DNA of 64,000 nucleotides from Candidatus Iainarchaeum sp. (GCA_023129115.1 JAGMCR010000003.1:32001-96000), one strand, 5' to 3'; positions 41,774-50,720 are shown, counted from the first letter of the stretch. The notes: generated from the sequence alone by a model not told the origin. Made by a program: numbers and translations.

Positions 41774-42989
41774 GCACCTCTAGAACGTTTAATTCGACAC
41801 ACTTGCACGGCCCGAGAAAGTCGGCGAAAGACGGCTTTGTCCTCCCGGAGTCGCCGCTGATTAACTCTTTTATGTAGGCGCCCGCCTCGGCGCGGATTAC
41901 TGCGCGGAGCCGTAGCCCCTTTTTCTCCAGCTCCACGCCGTGGATTGCCCTTTTCCTCACTAGGTCGGCCCGCCGGTGCGACACCCTGTCCGGCGTGCGC
42001 TGGCTTATTTCTTTTTCTTGGAATTCATTAATTACGCTTTCGATTGCTTCGTCGGAAGCATCGTTTTCGCACTCGATGATTGCCTCGTACGTCTTGTCGT
42101 GGCGGGCGGCCTTGATGCGGCGGACTTCTTCTTTTGAGGACTTGCGCAGCTTCTGGACCTCGATTTTTCCGGTGGCGGAAGAGTTGACTTCCTTGGCCAT
42201 CTCTTCCCAGTCGAGGAACCTACGGAGGGGCTGCTGCAGCTCCAGCACGAAGGGCCGCCAACCTAAGCAGGTTGCGTCGATGTCCTCCCTGCCCGAGCCG
42301 TGGAACTTTTCCCCCTTTGCACCGGTCTTTTCCATGAACGGCTTCGCGATTATTTCCTCGACGCTCTCCTCGTACATCTTGCCAGTGAAATTGCACTCCT
42401 TGCAGCCCCGGCCCCTGCAGCGCCTGCAGAACCACTTTGTCTGGGGGATTCCGCGCAGGAGCTTCTTGTACTTGCCGTACACGAAGAGGGCGTGTATGTT
42501 CAGAGATACCTTGCCGGTCGTGAAGTCCGCGAGCGCGGTCACGTCCGGGTGCGTGAACTCCGCTTCCTTGCCCGTGGCCTTTCCCAGCTCAAGCCCAATT
42601 TGGCGCACTAGGTCCTTCTTGAGTGGCTCGCAGTGCAGCGCCCCGATTTCCACCCAGAGCTCTTCCTCCCTGCCGAGGAGCGCGCGGTCGACGCGGCAGC
42701 CGACGAGGAAGTTTTCGTAGTCCAGGCCTGCGAGGAGCTCTGCGGCTTTTTTGGCCATGGCGTCTGTCTCCAGAAAGTAGCCGCTGCAGAGCGGGCAGTC
42801 TTTTTTGAGGGCGACTTTGTCTGTCTCGCAGTGCCTTGCCTCTGCAAGTGAGTTTGACTGGCGGACCTTGGAGCCAATTGCGCCCTGGTCCATGCCCTCG
42901 AACAAGCGGTGGAACTGCCTGCCGATGCAGCGGTCGCACGCGCCGATCTCGAGCAAGTGCTTGCGTGCGGCAGAGTAGTCGAAGTCCAC
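41760..42989 (-). CDS. pus10: tRNA pseudouridine(54/55) synthase Pus10
   Basis: CDRC/CPLC, RGIPQTKW, HGSGREDID, QRTP.RV..RR, GAYIKELISGD. Confidence 0.95.
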   Translation of the reverse strand: MDFDYSAARKHLLEIGACDRCIGRQFHRLFEGMDQGAIGSKVRQSNSLAEARHCETDKVALKKDCPLCSGYFLETDAMAKKAAELLAGLDYENFLVGCRVDRALLGREEELWVEIGALHCEPLKKDLVRQIGLELGKATGKEAEFTHPDVTALADFTTGKVSLNIHALFVYGKYKKLLRGIPQTKWFCRRCRGRGCKECNFTGKMYEESVEEIIAKPFMEKTGAKGEKFHGSGREDIDATCLGWRPFVLELQQPLRRFLDWEEMAKEVNSSATGKIEVQKLRKSSKEEVRRIKAARHDKTYEAIIECENDASDEAIESVINEFQEKEISQRTPDRVSHRRADLVRKRAIHGVELEKKGLRLRAVIRAEAGAYIKELISGDSGRTKPSFADFLGPCKCVELNVLEVHDNV

Positions 42990-42990
42990 T

Positions 42991-44316
42991 TCACATCCCC
43001 ATACCAAGCTTTCCCATCATCTTGGAAAGGCCCTTGGGGAGGCGCTTTCCCTTCTTGAACTTCTTGAATATCTTTTTGGTGGCATTGAACTGCTTCAGGA
43101 GCTCACGGACTGCGGACTCCGGCTTGCCCGAGCCCTTCGCGATGCGGCGGATGCGCGAGGAGTTGATTACATCAGGGTCCTCGAGCTCTTTCTCGGTCAT
43201 GGAGTCCATGATGTGCTTGTACGACTTCATCTTTTCCTCGCTCTGCTCGAGGACGTCGTCCGGGAGCTGGGCGCTCATGCCAAGCTGCTCAAAGACTTTT
43301 GAGAGCGAGCCCATTTTCTTGGTCGCCTCGAGCTGCTTGTAGAACTTCTTGAGCGTGAACTCGCCCTTCATCAGGTCTTCCGGCGAAAGGTCCTCTTCCT
43401 CGACCACTTCCTTGATGCGCTCCATCAGCGAGCCGAGGTCCGGGTAGCCCAGCAGCCGCGAGATGTACTTCTGCGGGTCGTAGGCTTCTAGGTCCTCCGG
43501 CTTCTCGCCCGTGCCAATGAAAGTGATTGGGATGCCCGCCTCGGCGCACGCCGAGAGAGCGCCGCCGCCCTTCGCGGACGAGTCCATCCTCGTCACGATG
43601 ACGCCCGTTAGCCCAATCGCGTCGTTGAACTCCTTTGCCTGCTTGCCCGCGGTCTGGCCCATGTCCGCGCCGAGAACTAAGATTTTTTGGTCGGGCTTGA
43701 GGATTGCGGACAAGTCCTTGACCTCGTCGATTAATTCCTTGTTCAGCGAGTCCCTGCCAGCGGAGTCCACGATAAGGAGGTCATGGCCCTTGACGGCCGC
43801 GATGCCCTGCTTGAGTATCTTGGCCGCGTCCTTCTCGCCCTTGATGCCAAACATTGGGACCTTTACTCTTTCGGCCAGCTGCTCGACCTGCTCGTAGGCG
43901 GCGGGCCTCCAGGTGTCAGTAGTGATTATCGCTGGCTTAAGGCCTCGCTTCGCGAAGTATTTTGCCAGCTTGGCCGTGGTGGTGGTCTTGCCGTGGCCAT
44001 ACGTGCCTACCAAAAGGATTTTCTGTGGCTTGACCTCTGGCTGGAACTCTTCGCCCACGAGGGAAATGAGCTCGTCGTAGACCAGCTTTATGAAGTGCTC
44101 CTTTTGTGAGATGCCTGCCGGCACTGTGGCGTCCTTCACGCGCGACTCTATCCGCTTCGAGAGCTCGAACACCAGCTTGATGTTGACGTCCGCGGAAATC
44201 AGCGTGCGCTGCAGCTCCTTAATGCTTGACTTGAGCAGCGCCTCGTCAACGACTGCGGCGCCGGATATCTTGCTGATGACCCCCCTTAGCCCGGAAGCCA
44301 ACTTGGATACTACCAT
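42991..44316 (-). CDS. srp54: Signal recognition particle protein SRP54
   Basis: ADVN, GTYGHGKTT, DTWRPAA, DSAGR, AKGGGALS; M-domain SRIRRIAKGSG. Confidence 0.96.
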   Translation of the reverse strand: MVVSKLASGLRGVISKISGAAVVDEALLKSSIKELQRTLISADVNIKLVFELSKRIESRVKDATVPAGISQKEHFIKLVYDELISLVGEEFQPEVKPQKILLVGTYGHGKTTTTAKLAKYFAKRGLKPAIITTDTWRPAAYEQVEQLAERVKVPMFGIKGEKDAAKILKQGIAAVKGHDLLIVDSAGRDSLNKELIDEVKDLSAILKPDQKILVLGADMGQTAGKQAKEFNDAIGLTGVIVTRMDSSAKGGGALSACAEAGIPITFIGTGEKPEDLEAYDPQKYISRLLGYPDLGSLMERIKEVVEEEDLSPEDLMKGEFTLKKFYKQLEATKKMGSLSKVFEQLGMSAQLPDDVLEQSEEKMKSYKHIMDSMTEKELEDPDVINSSRIRRIAKGSGKPESAVRELLKQFNATKKIFKKFKKGKRLPKGLSKMMGKLGMGM

Positions 44317-44350
44317 TGCATACCCTTTAATCCTGCTTTGTTTTTATGGC

Positions 44351-45664
44351 TTAGCCGAAAATCCTGTCCAGCAGGTCGTCCGCGCTGAAGCGCACGAGGT
44401 CTCTGTAGGACTGGCCTATGCCGTAATAGATTATTGGGACGCCGGTCGAGCGGGCGATGCTGATGACGCCGCCGCCCTTCACGTCCATGTCCATCTTGGA
44501 AAGAATGACTCCGTCGACGCCGATTTCTGCCTTGAACTGCTCGACCCGCTCGAGCAGCGCGTTGCCGGCCAAGGCCTCGTCGAGGTAAATCAATAGGTGC
44601 GGGTTGGCGACTCGCTTGATTTTCTTCAGCTCTTCCATCAGGTTTTTGTTGGTCTCCTGGCGCCCGGCTGTGTCAATGAGCACGCAGTCGATTCCCCTGG
44701 CCTTCGCGCTCTTGATTGTGTCGAATGCGACTGCGGCGGGGTCTGCGCCGTACGTGTGCTTGACCATCTTTATCCCAAGCGCGTCCGCGTGGTACTGGAG
44801 CTGCTCAATGGACGCTGCGCGGAAAGTGTCCGATGCGGCAAAGATTGAGGACAAGTTGTTTTCCTTGAGCATGTGCGCAATTTTTGCGAGCGTCGTCGTC
44901 TTTCCCGCGCCGTTCGGTCCCAAAAACATTACCACAAAAGGCTTTTCGGACTTCTTTGCCTTTTCGACCAGGTCGAAGCTGGGCACAGAGACTATTTCGC
45001 GTATGGTGTCGCGGACCGCTGACTCTATCACTGTGCGGACGTCGCTGCCCCTCGAGAACTTCGTGGCGGCAAGGCGCTGCTTCAGCAAAGAGATTATTTC
45101 CTCGGCCACGGGCTGGGCGACGTCGGCCTCGAGGAGCGCGAGCTCGAACTCCCACATGAAGTCGTCGATTTCTTTCTCAGAAAGCGAGACTTCGGCGGCG
45201 ACCGCGCGCTTGATGCGAGTGACGAGGCCTAGCTTTGGCTTTTTCTCTTCGATTGGCTTTGCAACTGGTGGTATCGCCGGAACCGGCGATACCACTGGTT
45301 TTGGCTCGGCCGGTACTGGCTCAGTAACTTTGGGTGCCACGGGCTCGGGCTCAACAACTTTTGGTGCCGCCGGCTCTGGCTCGGGTTCTGGCTCAATAAC
45401 TTTTGGTGCCGCGGGCTCTGGCTCAATAACTTGGGGTGTCGCCGGTACTGGCGACACCCCGGGTTTTGGGGTGGGCGGCGTTGGTTTTGCTTTTGGCGCA
45501 GGCTTTTCTTTTTTTGGCTCTGGCTTGCGCTCTTCTTTCTTTGGTTCTGGTTGAGGGACTGGTTCTTCCTTTGGCTGGGTGGGCGCTTCCTCGATTTTTT
45601 CCTCTGCCTTTTTCGTTATTTTCGAGGCGAAGTCCTCGATTTTTTTCTTGAGGAATCCAAACAT
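44351..45664 (-). CDS. ftsY: SRP receptor FtsY with a long Pro/Glu/Lys-rich repetitive N-domain
   Basis: GPNGAGKTT, DTFRAAS, DTAGR, KGGG. Confidence 0.96.
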   Translation of the reverse strand: MFGFLKKKIEDFASKITKKAEEKIEEAPTQPKEEPVPQPEPKKEERKPEPKKEKPAPKAKPTPPTPKPGVSPVPATPQVIEPEPAAPKVIEPEPEPEPAAPKVVEPEPVAPKVTEPVPAEPKPVVSPVPAIPPVAKPIEEKKPKLGLVTRIKRAVAAEVSLSEKEIDDFMWEFELALLEADVAQPVAEEIISLLKQRLAATKFSRGSDVRTVIESAVRDTIREIVSVPSFDLVEKAKKSEKPFVVMFLGPNGAGKTTTLAKIAHMLKENNLSSIFAASDTFRAASIEQLQYHADALGIKMVKHTYGADPAAVAFDTIKSAKARGIDCVLIDTAGRQETNKNLMEELKKIKRVANPHLLIYLDEALAGNALLERVEQFKAEIGVDGVILSKMDMDVKGGGVISIARSTGVPIIYYGIGQSYRDLVRFSADDLLDRIFG

Positions 45665-45665
45665 G

Positions 45666-46097
45666 TCAACCGCTTATCACTGGCACGTCAGAGGTGGGGG
45701 GCTGCCTTGCCGCGGCGAGTTTCTTCCTTATCTCCATGGACTCGGTGCGCAGCATCTTCGCCATTCCCTGGAGCTTGTCGGCGGTCTCGCGAAGGGTGTT
45801 TTCCCTCCTCTTGACTATCTCGATTGCCTCCTCGCGGCTCTTCTCCAAGACCACGCCGGAGCCAACCTCGACCTTGACCGTTGACACGTCAATCCCAACA
45901 GGGAGGTAGACGCCGCCAACCGGCACAAGCCCTTCCTTTTCGCCGCCCTTGATTTCCTCAAGGGTGGAGCGCGTCGCCATAAGCACTTCGAGTGAGCGGG
46001 CGAGCCCCTGTAGCTGCTCGCTTATCTGCCCCATCTTGGCCTCGTTGCCCCTTATCATTCCAATTGCCTGTTCTGCCGTAATTTCAACCATTTTCAT
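45666..46097 (-). CDS. pfdA: Prefoldin subunit alpha
   Basis: Coiled coils flanking LVPVGG and VEVGSGVVLEK; operon position. Confidence 0.92.
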   Translation of the reverse strand: MKMVEITAEQAIGMIRGNEAKMGQISEQLQGLARSLEVLMATRSTLEEIKGGEKEGLVPVGGVYLPVGIDVSTVKVEVGSGVVLEKSREEAIEIVKRRENTLRETADKLQGMAKMLRTESMEIRKKLAAARQPPTSDVPVISG

Positions 46098-46324
46098 TCA
46101 CCCTCGCTCAACTGCTTTACCAGCAGGGACGTCGTCTCCCCGGCAGGCACTTCCTCAACAGAGGTTATCTGGACCTCGCGGCGCTTGCACTTGTGCTTCG
46201 AGCCGATGTCCGTGTAGACCTTTTCTTTTGCGTCCTCTGGCTTGAGCGCCCGGACGTCAATCGCAAAGCCATGCTTCGCCCCTTTCTCGCCGAAAATCCC
46301 CTTCAGCCTGTAAATTTTTATCAT
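46094..46324 (-). CDS. rpl18a: 50S ribosomal protein L18Ae/LX (eL20)
   Basis: EKVYTDIGSKHKCKRREVQI. Confidence 0.9.
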   Translation of the reverse strand: MIKIYRLKGIFGEKGAKHGFAIDVRALKPEDAKEKVYTDIGSKHKCKRREVQITSVEEVPAGETTSLLVKQLSEGE

Positions 46325-46333
46325 GCCAATCAC

Positions 46334-46996
46334 CTATTTCTTGAAGAACAGCGCGTCGTCAACACGCCCCAGCTCGAATGGTGTGCTGGTCGAGCCGACG
46401 ATTGCGCCGTTGGAGTTTGCGAGTATGCACCCGCTTATGAATGGGTTTCCGTAATTGAGGGAGCCAAGTTCCCCCTCGGCCTTGAACACCTTGGAGAGGA
46501 GCCTCATCTCCTCGGCAGACGCGTTGGGGTTCGCGAGGAATCCCTTGCCCGTCACCACCACGCACGAGCCCGTTGTCTCGAGCCCGGCCACATGCACGGG
46601 TGCGGGGGTGGCGCCGAACGCCTCGCCGATTCGCTTGGTCTCCTTCTCGCTGAACAGCGGGCTCACCGCGACCCCGCTGTCGTTCGCTGCCATCATGTTC
46701 CCAACGGCCGTGAACGCCTCGACGGTCACGGTGCTGAGGTAGCTCTCCAGCGCATCGGCCTCTTCCTTGTAGGCGGTGCGCGGGAGCGCGATGCACCGTG
46801 AGTTGAGGCACGCCAACACGCCGATGAGGGGCGAGTTCGCGACAGATGCCTTCACTGCCTCGGTCTTGAGTATGTCCTCGACGAGGGTGATGAAGTCCTC
46901 GCCCGTGTTCGGGGGGAGGAACGTCACTTTGTCGTTGGTCGCCGCGAACACGCCGACGAACGCGGTTCCCAGCAAGTCACTCTGCTCTATGTACAT
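46334..46996 (-). CDS. eif6: Translation initiation factor aIF6
   Basis: VGVF, LIG, VGNM..ND.G, NYG, G..ANS.G..VG..T..EL. Confidence 0.93.
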   Translation of the reverse strand: MYIEQSDLLGTAFVGVFAATNDKVTFLPPNTGEDFITLVEDILKTEAVKASVANSPLIGVLACLNSRCIALPRTAYKEEADALESYLSTVTVEAFTAVGNMMAANDSGVAVSPLFSEKETKRIGEAFGATPAPVHVAGLETTGSCVVVTGKGFLANPNASAEEMRLLSKVFKAEGELGSLNYGNPFISGCILANSNGAIVGSTSTPFELGRVDDALFFKK

Positions 46997-47005
46997 GCCC
47001 TGCAC

Positions 47006-47458
47006 CTAAGCGAGCACCGCAGTGGCGCGCTTTTCCTCTTCCTGGATTTTTACCTTGATTCTCCGCGGGGGCGACTGAATTCCCTTGTTCCAGAGCGCCT
47101 CGTTGACCGACGGGTCGATGAATGCCTCTTTCCTCGTGTGCTTCTTGATGTAGCGCCTTACCTCCCTCGCCGCGTACCTCACGCGTGAGGTGCGGGGGTG
47201 GTCGAACGCCTTCCGGAGGCTGATTGTGTGGACTGACTCCTTGACTATTTTCTTTTCTTCTTTGTCGGCCTCTTCCTTCTTCTCGCCGGTTGGCTTTGCC
47301 TCTTCTTTTTTTGCCTCTGGCTTTTGGGGTGTCGCCGCCTCTGGCGCGGATACCCCGGCTTTTGGCTTTTCTTCCTTTGCCGGCTTTGGCTCAGCCTTCG
47401 GCTTTTTCTTTTCCTCTTCGGCCTTCTTTTCTTTCTTTTCTTCTTTTTTCTCAGCCAT
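47006..47458 (-). CDS. rpl31e: 50S ribosomal protein L31e with a Lys/Glu-rich N-terminal extension
   Basis: TISLR, VNEALWNKGIQSPPRRIKV. Confidence 0.92.
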   Translation of the reverse strand: MAEKKEEKKEKKAEEEKKKPKAEPKPAKEEKPKAGVSAPEAATPQKPEAKKEEAKPTGEKKEEADKEEKKIVKESVHTISLRKAFDHPRTSRVRYAAREVRRYIKKHTRKEAFIDPSVNEALWNKGIQSPPRRIKVKIQEEEKRATAVLA

Positions 47459-47463
47459 GCCAC

Positions 47464-47646
47464 TCAGTCCTTAGCGCCCTTTTTCCTCAGGGTCTTCGCG
47501 AGCGAGTTGCGCCTCCAGTGCCTCTGCTTGGGGTTCGTGGAGACCGCGCGGTTGGTCTTGAGCATGACCCACATCGGCACGCGCTTGTTGCTCTTCCCTG
47601 CCCTTGCAAGGATTTCCTTGGTTTTTGTGTCCTTCCGGCTTGGCAT
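47464..47646 (-). CDS. rpl39e: 50S ribosomal protein L39e
   Basis: [19 protein letters not shown]. Confidence 0.93.
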   Translation of the reverse strand: MPSRKDTKTKEILARAGKSNKRVPMWVMLKTNRAVSTNPKQRHWRRNSLAKTLRKKGAKD

Positions 47647-47651
47647 CACAG

Positions 47652-47969
47652 TCACTTCCTCTTAATCGTTATTTCCCTTTTTTCCCCGCTTATCTTGGAA
47701 AGGAGTTGCTTCAATGTTGCGTCATCGATTTTTTGGACCCTCCCGGACTGCGCGAGGTAGATGACGAGCTTCTCGACCTGCTCCGCCAGCAATGGGTTCC
47801 CCAGCTTCAGCGTCGTGAGGCGGGACTTGGCAGCGGGCGTCAGCAATTGCTTGAGCACGGCGTCCTTCTGAAGCTCCATTGCCACCCTCGTCTCCTGCTC
47901 CGCCTGCCTGTCGGCAAGCTGGGCCTGCAGGTCTGCGGCGCGCTTCTGCCTTAGCTCATCGAGGTCCAT
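47652..47969 (-). CDS. PDCD5/TFAR19-like dsDNA-binding protein
   Basis: [25 protein letters not shown]; conserved position after rps19e. Confidence 0.92.
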   Translation of the reverse strand: MDLDELRQKRAADLQAQLADRQAEQETRVAMELQKDAVLKQLLTPAAKSRLTTLKLGNPLLAEQVEKLVIYLAQSGRVQKIDDATLKQLLSKISGEKREITIKRK

Positions 47970-47970
47970 C

Positions 47971-48729
47971 TTACTCCTTTTCCTCCTTTGGCTCTGCCGG
48001 CTTCCCCGCCTTTTTGGCTGGCTTTTCTTCTTTCTTTTCTGCCGGCTTAGCTTCTTTTGGCTTGGGCGTTGCCTCTTTCTTTTCTGGCTCAGGCGTTGCC
48101 TCTTCTTTTTCTGGCTCAGGCGTTGCCTCTTCTTTTTTGGGCTCTGCCTTCTTGGCTGGCTTTGCCTCTTTCTTTTCTGGCTTGGGCTCGGGCTCTTTCC
48201 TGGGCTTTGCCTTTTCTTTCTTGGGCTCTGCCCCTTTCTTTGGCTTAGCCTCTTTCTTGGCGGTTGGCTTCCTGGCTGGAGCTTTTTCCTTTGTAGTGGG
48301 CTTTGGCTTTGCCTCGCGGCGCGGGGCCACCTTTGCAGCTGTCTTGTCAAGGAGCGACTGGCCCTTGGCCGTTATTTTCCTGCCGTTGCCTTCTTTGGCT
48401 ATTAGGCCAGCGGCCTCGAGCTGCTGGAGGCATAGCCGGATGACCTTGCCGCCGGCCGGGTAGTGCCGCTCTGGCTTTGCGCCGCGGTTCTTCCTGCCGC
48501 CGTACCAGTTCCTGAGCTTTTGCACCCCAACGGGCCCGCGCATATAGACCTGCCTTAGCACAGAAGCCGCGCGCACGTACCACCAGTTGGGGTCGTGGGG
48601 GGGCCTCTGGGCGTGGGCGCCGGTCTTCACGAATTTTGCCCACTGGGGAGGGTTAACTATGCCCTCTTTCTTCATTGTCCCTGCCAGCTCGTCGATTAGC
48701 CGGCCAGGCGATACGTCTCTTGTTGACAT
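47971..48729 (-). CDS. rps19e: 30S ribosomal protein S19e with a long K/E/P repeat C-terminal tail
   Basis: PQWAKFVKTG, WWYVRAAS, YGGRKNRG, LQQLE, GRKIT. Confidence 0.96.
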   Translation of the reverse strand: MSTRDVSPGRLIDELAGTMKKEGIVNPPQWAKFVKTGAHAQRPPHDPNWWYVRAASVLRQVYMRGPVGVQKLRNWYGGRKNRGAKPERHYPAGGKVIRLCLQQLEAAGLIAKEGNGRKITAKGQSLLDKTAAKVAPRREAKPKPTTKEKAPARKPTAKKEAKPKKGAEPKKEKAKPRKEPEPKPEKKEAKPAKKAEPKKEEATPEPEKEEATPEPEKKEATPKPKEAKPAEKKEEKPAKKAGKPAEPKEEKE

Positions 48730-48806
48730 CTTTTCACCTTTAACCAAAATGGGACTCGTCAGAAAATGCCTCGTTTAACGCCAGAAAAACAAGGTTTCTA
48801 GACTCG

Positions 48807-49130
48807 CTATGCTTTTTGAGTGCCTCGCTTTTTAAGCTTTTCGCCGGTTCCGTGGCGCATTTTGTGGCCGCATTCGAGGCAGGTATAGGTTATGACGCCC
48901 TTCGGGCGCCTGGGCTTGCGGACGCGGAGGTTTTTGCCGGGAACGAGGAATGCGCCGCATTTCTTGCATATCCTTTTCTTGGCGTGGGGGGGGAGGGGGG
49001 CCTTGTACTTTTTGGAGCGCTTGCGGGCCAGGGAGGCGTAGCGCCGGGACTTGGGCCCGCCTTCCTCTGCCAGGCCAAGCAATTTCCTTATCATTTCCTG
49101 CGCAGCTTTCTTTACCCAGCTAGGCCTCAT
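48807..49130 (-). CDS. rnp4: Ribonuclease P protein Rpp21
   Basis: RRY..LA, ICKKCG..L.PG, CLECG. Confidence 0.9.
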   Translation of the reverse strand: MRPSWVKKAAQEMIRKLLGLAEEGGPKSRRYASLARKRSKKYKAPLPPHAKKRICKKCGAFLVPGKNLRVRKPRRPKGVITYTCLECGHKMRHGTGEKLKKRGTQKA

Positions 49131-49191
49131 GCTGGTTTTTTCCCCCCAAACCTTTAAAAAGCCGTGTGGTTTTATTAGGGAAATGATTAGC

Positions 49192-49482
49192 ATGGTAGCT
49201 AAAAAAGACATGAAGAAAAGTGCCGAGAACTTGGCCCTTCTGGTGGCTGTGCAGATGCTTGGCTTCATAGTGCTGGAAGTCATTGTGTGGCTTCTCGTGT
49301 CAATTGGATGGTTCCCCCCACAGCTGATTCTCAGCAACTCGGGTGGCGTAGTCCTCCAGATAAACAGCGCTTACCTGATAATCGCGGGACTTATGTCCCT
49401 GCTCGTGGCTGGCTTCTGGCTTGCGATACTCACTGAGGTATTCGGCATTGTTGAGGTCGGTAGGATTAAACTGAAATTTTAG
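49192..49482 (+). CDS. Two-TM hypothetical protein (paralog A)
   Basis: Two hydrophobic helices; aligns with the next ORF. Confidence 0.75.
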   Translation: MVAKKDMKKSAENLALLVAVQMLGFIVLEVIVWLLVSIGWFPPQLILSNSGGVVLQINSAYLIIAGLMSLLVAGFWLAILTEVFGIVEVGRIKLKF

Positions 49483-49490
49483 GTGGATAC

Positions 49491-49817
49491 ATGGCTGCAA
49501 GGAAAAAGAAGAAGAGTGCAAAAAGGAAAGTGGCACAGTCAGTGCCGAAGGTTGACCAGCTCATGAACCTGGCCCGCATAACAGCCGTCGAGATATTGGG
49601 TTTCATTATCTTCGAGGTTGTTTTGTGGCTGCTGGTGCTCGTGAACGTGGTGCCTGCCTCCATCGTCATAAAGCGCGTTGGCATGATTGAAATCAGCATG
49701 AACACTGGTTACCTTGCCATCGTCGGCCTTGTGGCTGTGCTCGTGGCTTCCTTCTGGCTTGCGATACTCGTTCAGATGGGAATCGTCAGGCTCGAGCAAG
49801 TCGACTTCGAGCTATAA
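49491..49817 (+). CDS. Two-TM hypothetical protein (paralog B)
   Basis: GGTGG RBS; shares LGFI..EV..WLLV and FWLAIL with paralog A. Confidence 0.78.
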   Translation: MAARKKKKSAKRKVAQSVPKVDQLMNLARITAVEILGFIIFEVVLWLLVLVNVVPASIVIKRVGMIEISMNTGYLAIVGLVAVLVASFWLAILVQMGIVRLEQVDFEL

Positions 49818-49843
49818 GGCTGGGATTAAAAAAAGCGCAAACT

Positions 49844-50039
49844 TGGGTAGCGGCAGCCAAACTATGCCTATTTGCGGGGCTTCACGCCCCGCTTTAGTCT
49901 GCGGTTGGTCCAATCGCAACTGGACAAATGGGCCCGCCCGTATCAGCTGAAACTCAGCTGGCACGTTGTCCGTGCCCCCCCTGGCGCTGGCCAGCGGACA
50001 AACAACAAAAAACTGCGAGCGTCAGCGAGCTCTTACCCA
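49844..50039 (-). ncRNA. Candidate structured non-coding RNA, family unassigned
   Basis: Terminal UGGGUA/UACCCA stem enclosing several helices; G-U pairs favour the minus strand; followed by a T7 tract. Confidence 0.5.
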
Positions 50040-50236
50040 CTCACCTGGGGGGATGCTTCCCATTTCGGCGATTTCGTATCGCCTTATTTCGGAAATTTCG
50101 GCGACTTTGTCGCCTTATTACGATAATCAAAGTCGCCAGAAATGAGTTAATCTTTGATTAACGTAATCGCCAGAAATAAGGGAATCCGCGATTCCCGAAA
50201 GGGTAGCGGGGGGCTGTGCCCCCCGAGACGCTGGAA

Positions 50237-50311
50237 TGGGCCCGCCCGGATTCGAACCGGGGATCCTCGCCGTGTAAAGGCGATGTCATAACCAGGCTAG
50301 ACCACAGGCCC
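50237..50311 (-). tRNA. tRNA-Val(UAC), intronless, CCA not encoded
   Basis: Acceptor GGGCCUG/CGGGCCC, anticodon arm UCGCC-UUUACAC-GGCGA, T-loop GGUUCGAAUCC. Confidence 0.97.
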
Positions 50312-50366
50312 GTGGCACAAATTCTGGGCAAAAAGCTTTTTATAGCCACATGGTTTAGACGAAGGT

Positions 50367-50720
50367 ATGCACCGAGTAATCCTCCTCCGCATAGGCGGCA
50401 AGAAGCTGCACCTGCTCAAGATGACCGGCGCGCTCATTGTTGTGGGGGCGGCGCTTGGCGTGCTGGGCACTGTCTCGTCCTTGTTCAGGCTCATCAAGCA
50501 GCTAGAGCTCGCGCAGGGCAGCACCGCAGTTGCAATCCAGGTGTTTGGCCTGCTGCCAGAGGCGCTCACGGGCGACCTGATGCTCGGCTACTTCATGATT
50601 CCCAGCGCGTGGTTCATGTTCTGGCTCGCGCTGTTCATAGTCGGTGCGATGCTTTACCGCACGGGCAGCATAATTCTGCCGATAGAGGAAGAGATTGAAG
50701 TAGAAAAGAAAAAGGGCTAA
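50367..50720 (+). CDS. Hypothetical two-TM membrane protein
   Basis: Two hydrophobic segments; 4-nt convergent overlap with dnaG. Confidence 0.7.
   Translation: MHRVILLRIGGKKLHLLKMTGALIVVGAALGVLGTVSSLFRLIKQLELAQGSTAVAIQVFGLLPEALTGDLMLGYFMIPSAWFMFWLALFIVGAMLYRTGSIILPIEEEIEVEKKKG

Noticed and set aside
47970-48350. Basic N-terminal extension of ORF 47652-48350
   Set aside because: An alternative-frame reading of the rps19e repeat tail; the PDCD5-like gene starts at 47969.
49844-50039. RNase P RNA, SRP RNA or a bona fide group I intron
   Set aside because: No GAGGAA..UCC / ACAGAA..GCU P4 motifs, no SRP helix-8 CAGG..GGAA..AGCA, and no identifiable P3/P4 or host exon. Kept only as an unassigned RNA candidate.
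50062-50180. Mini CRISPR array
   Set aside because: Repeats are ~10 bp, mixed in orientation and lack regular unique spacers; no cas genes.
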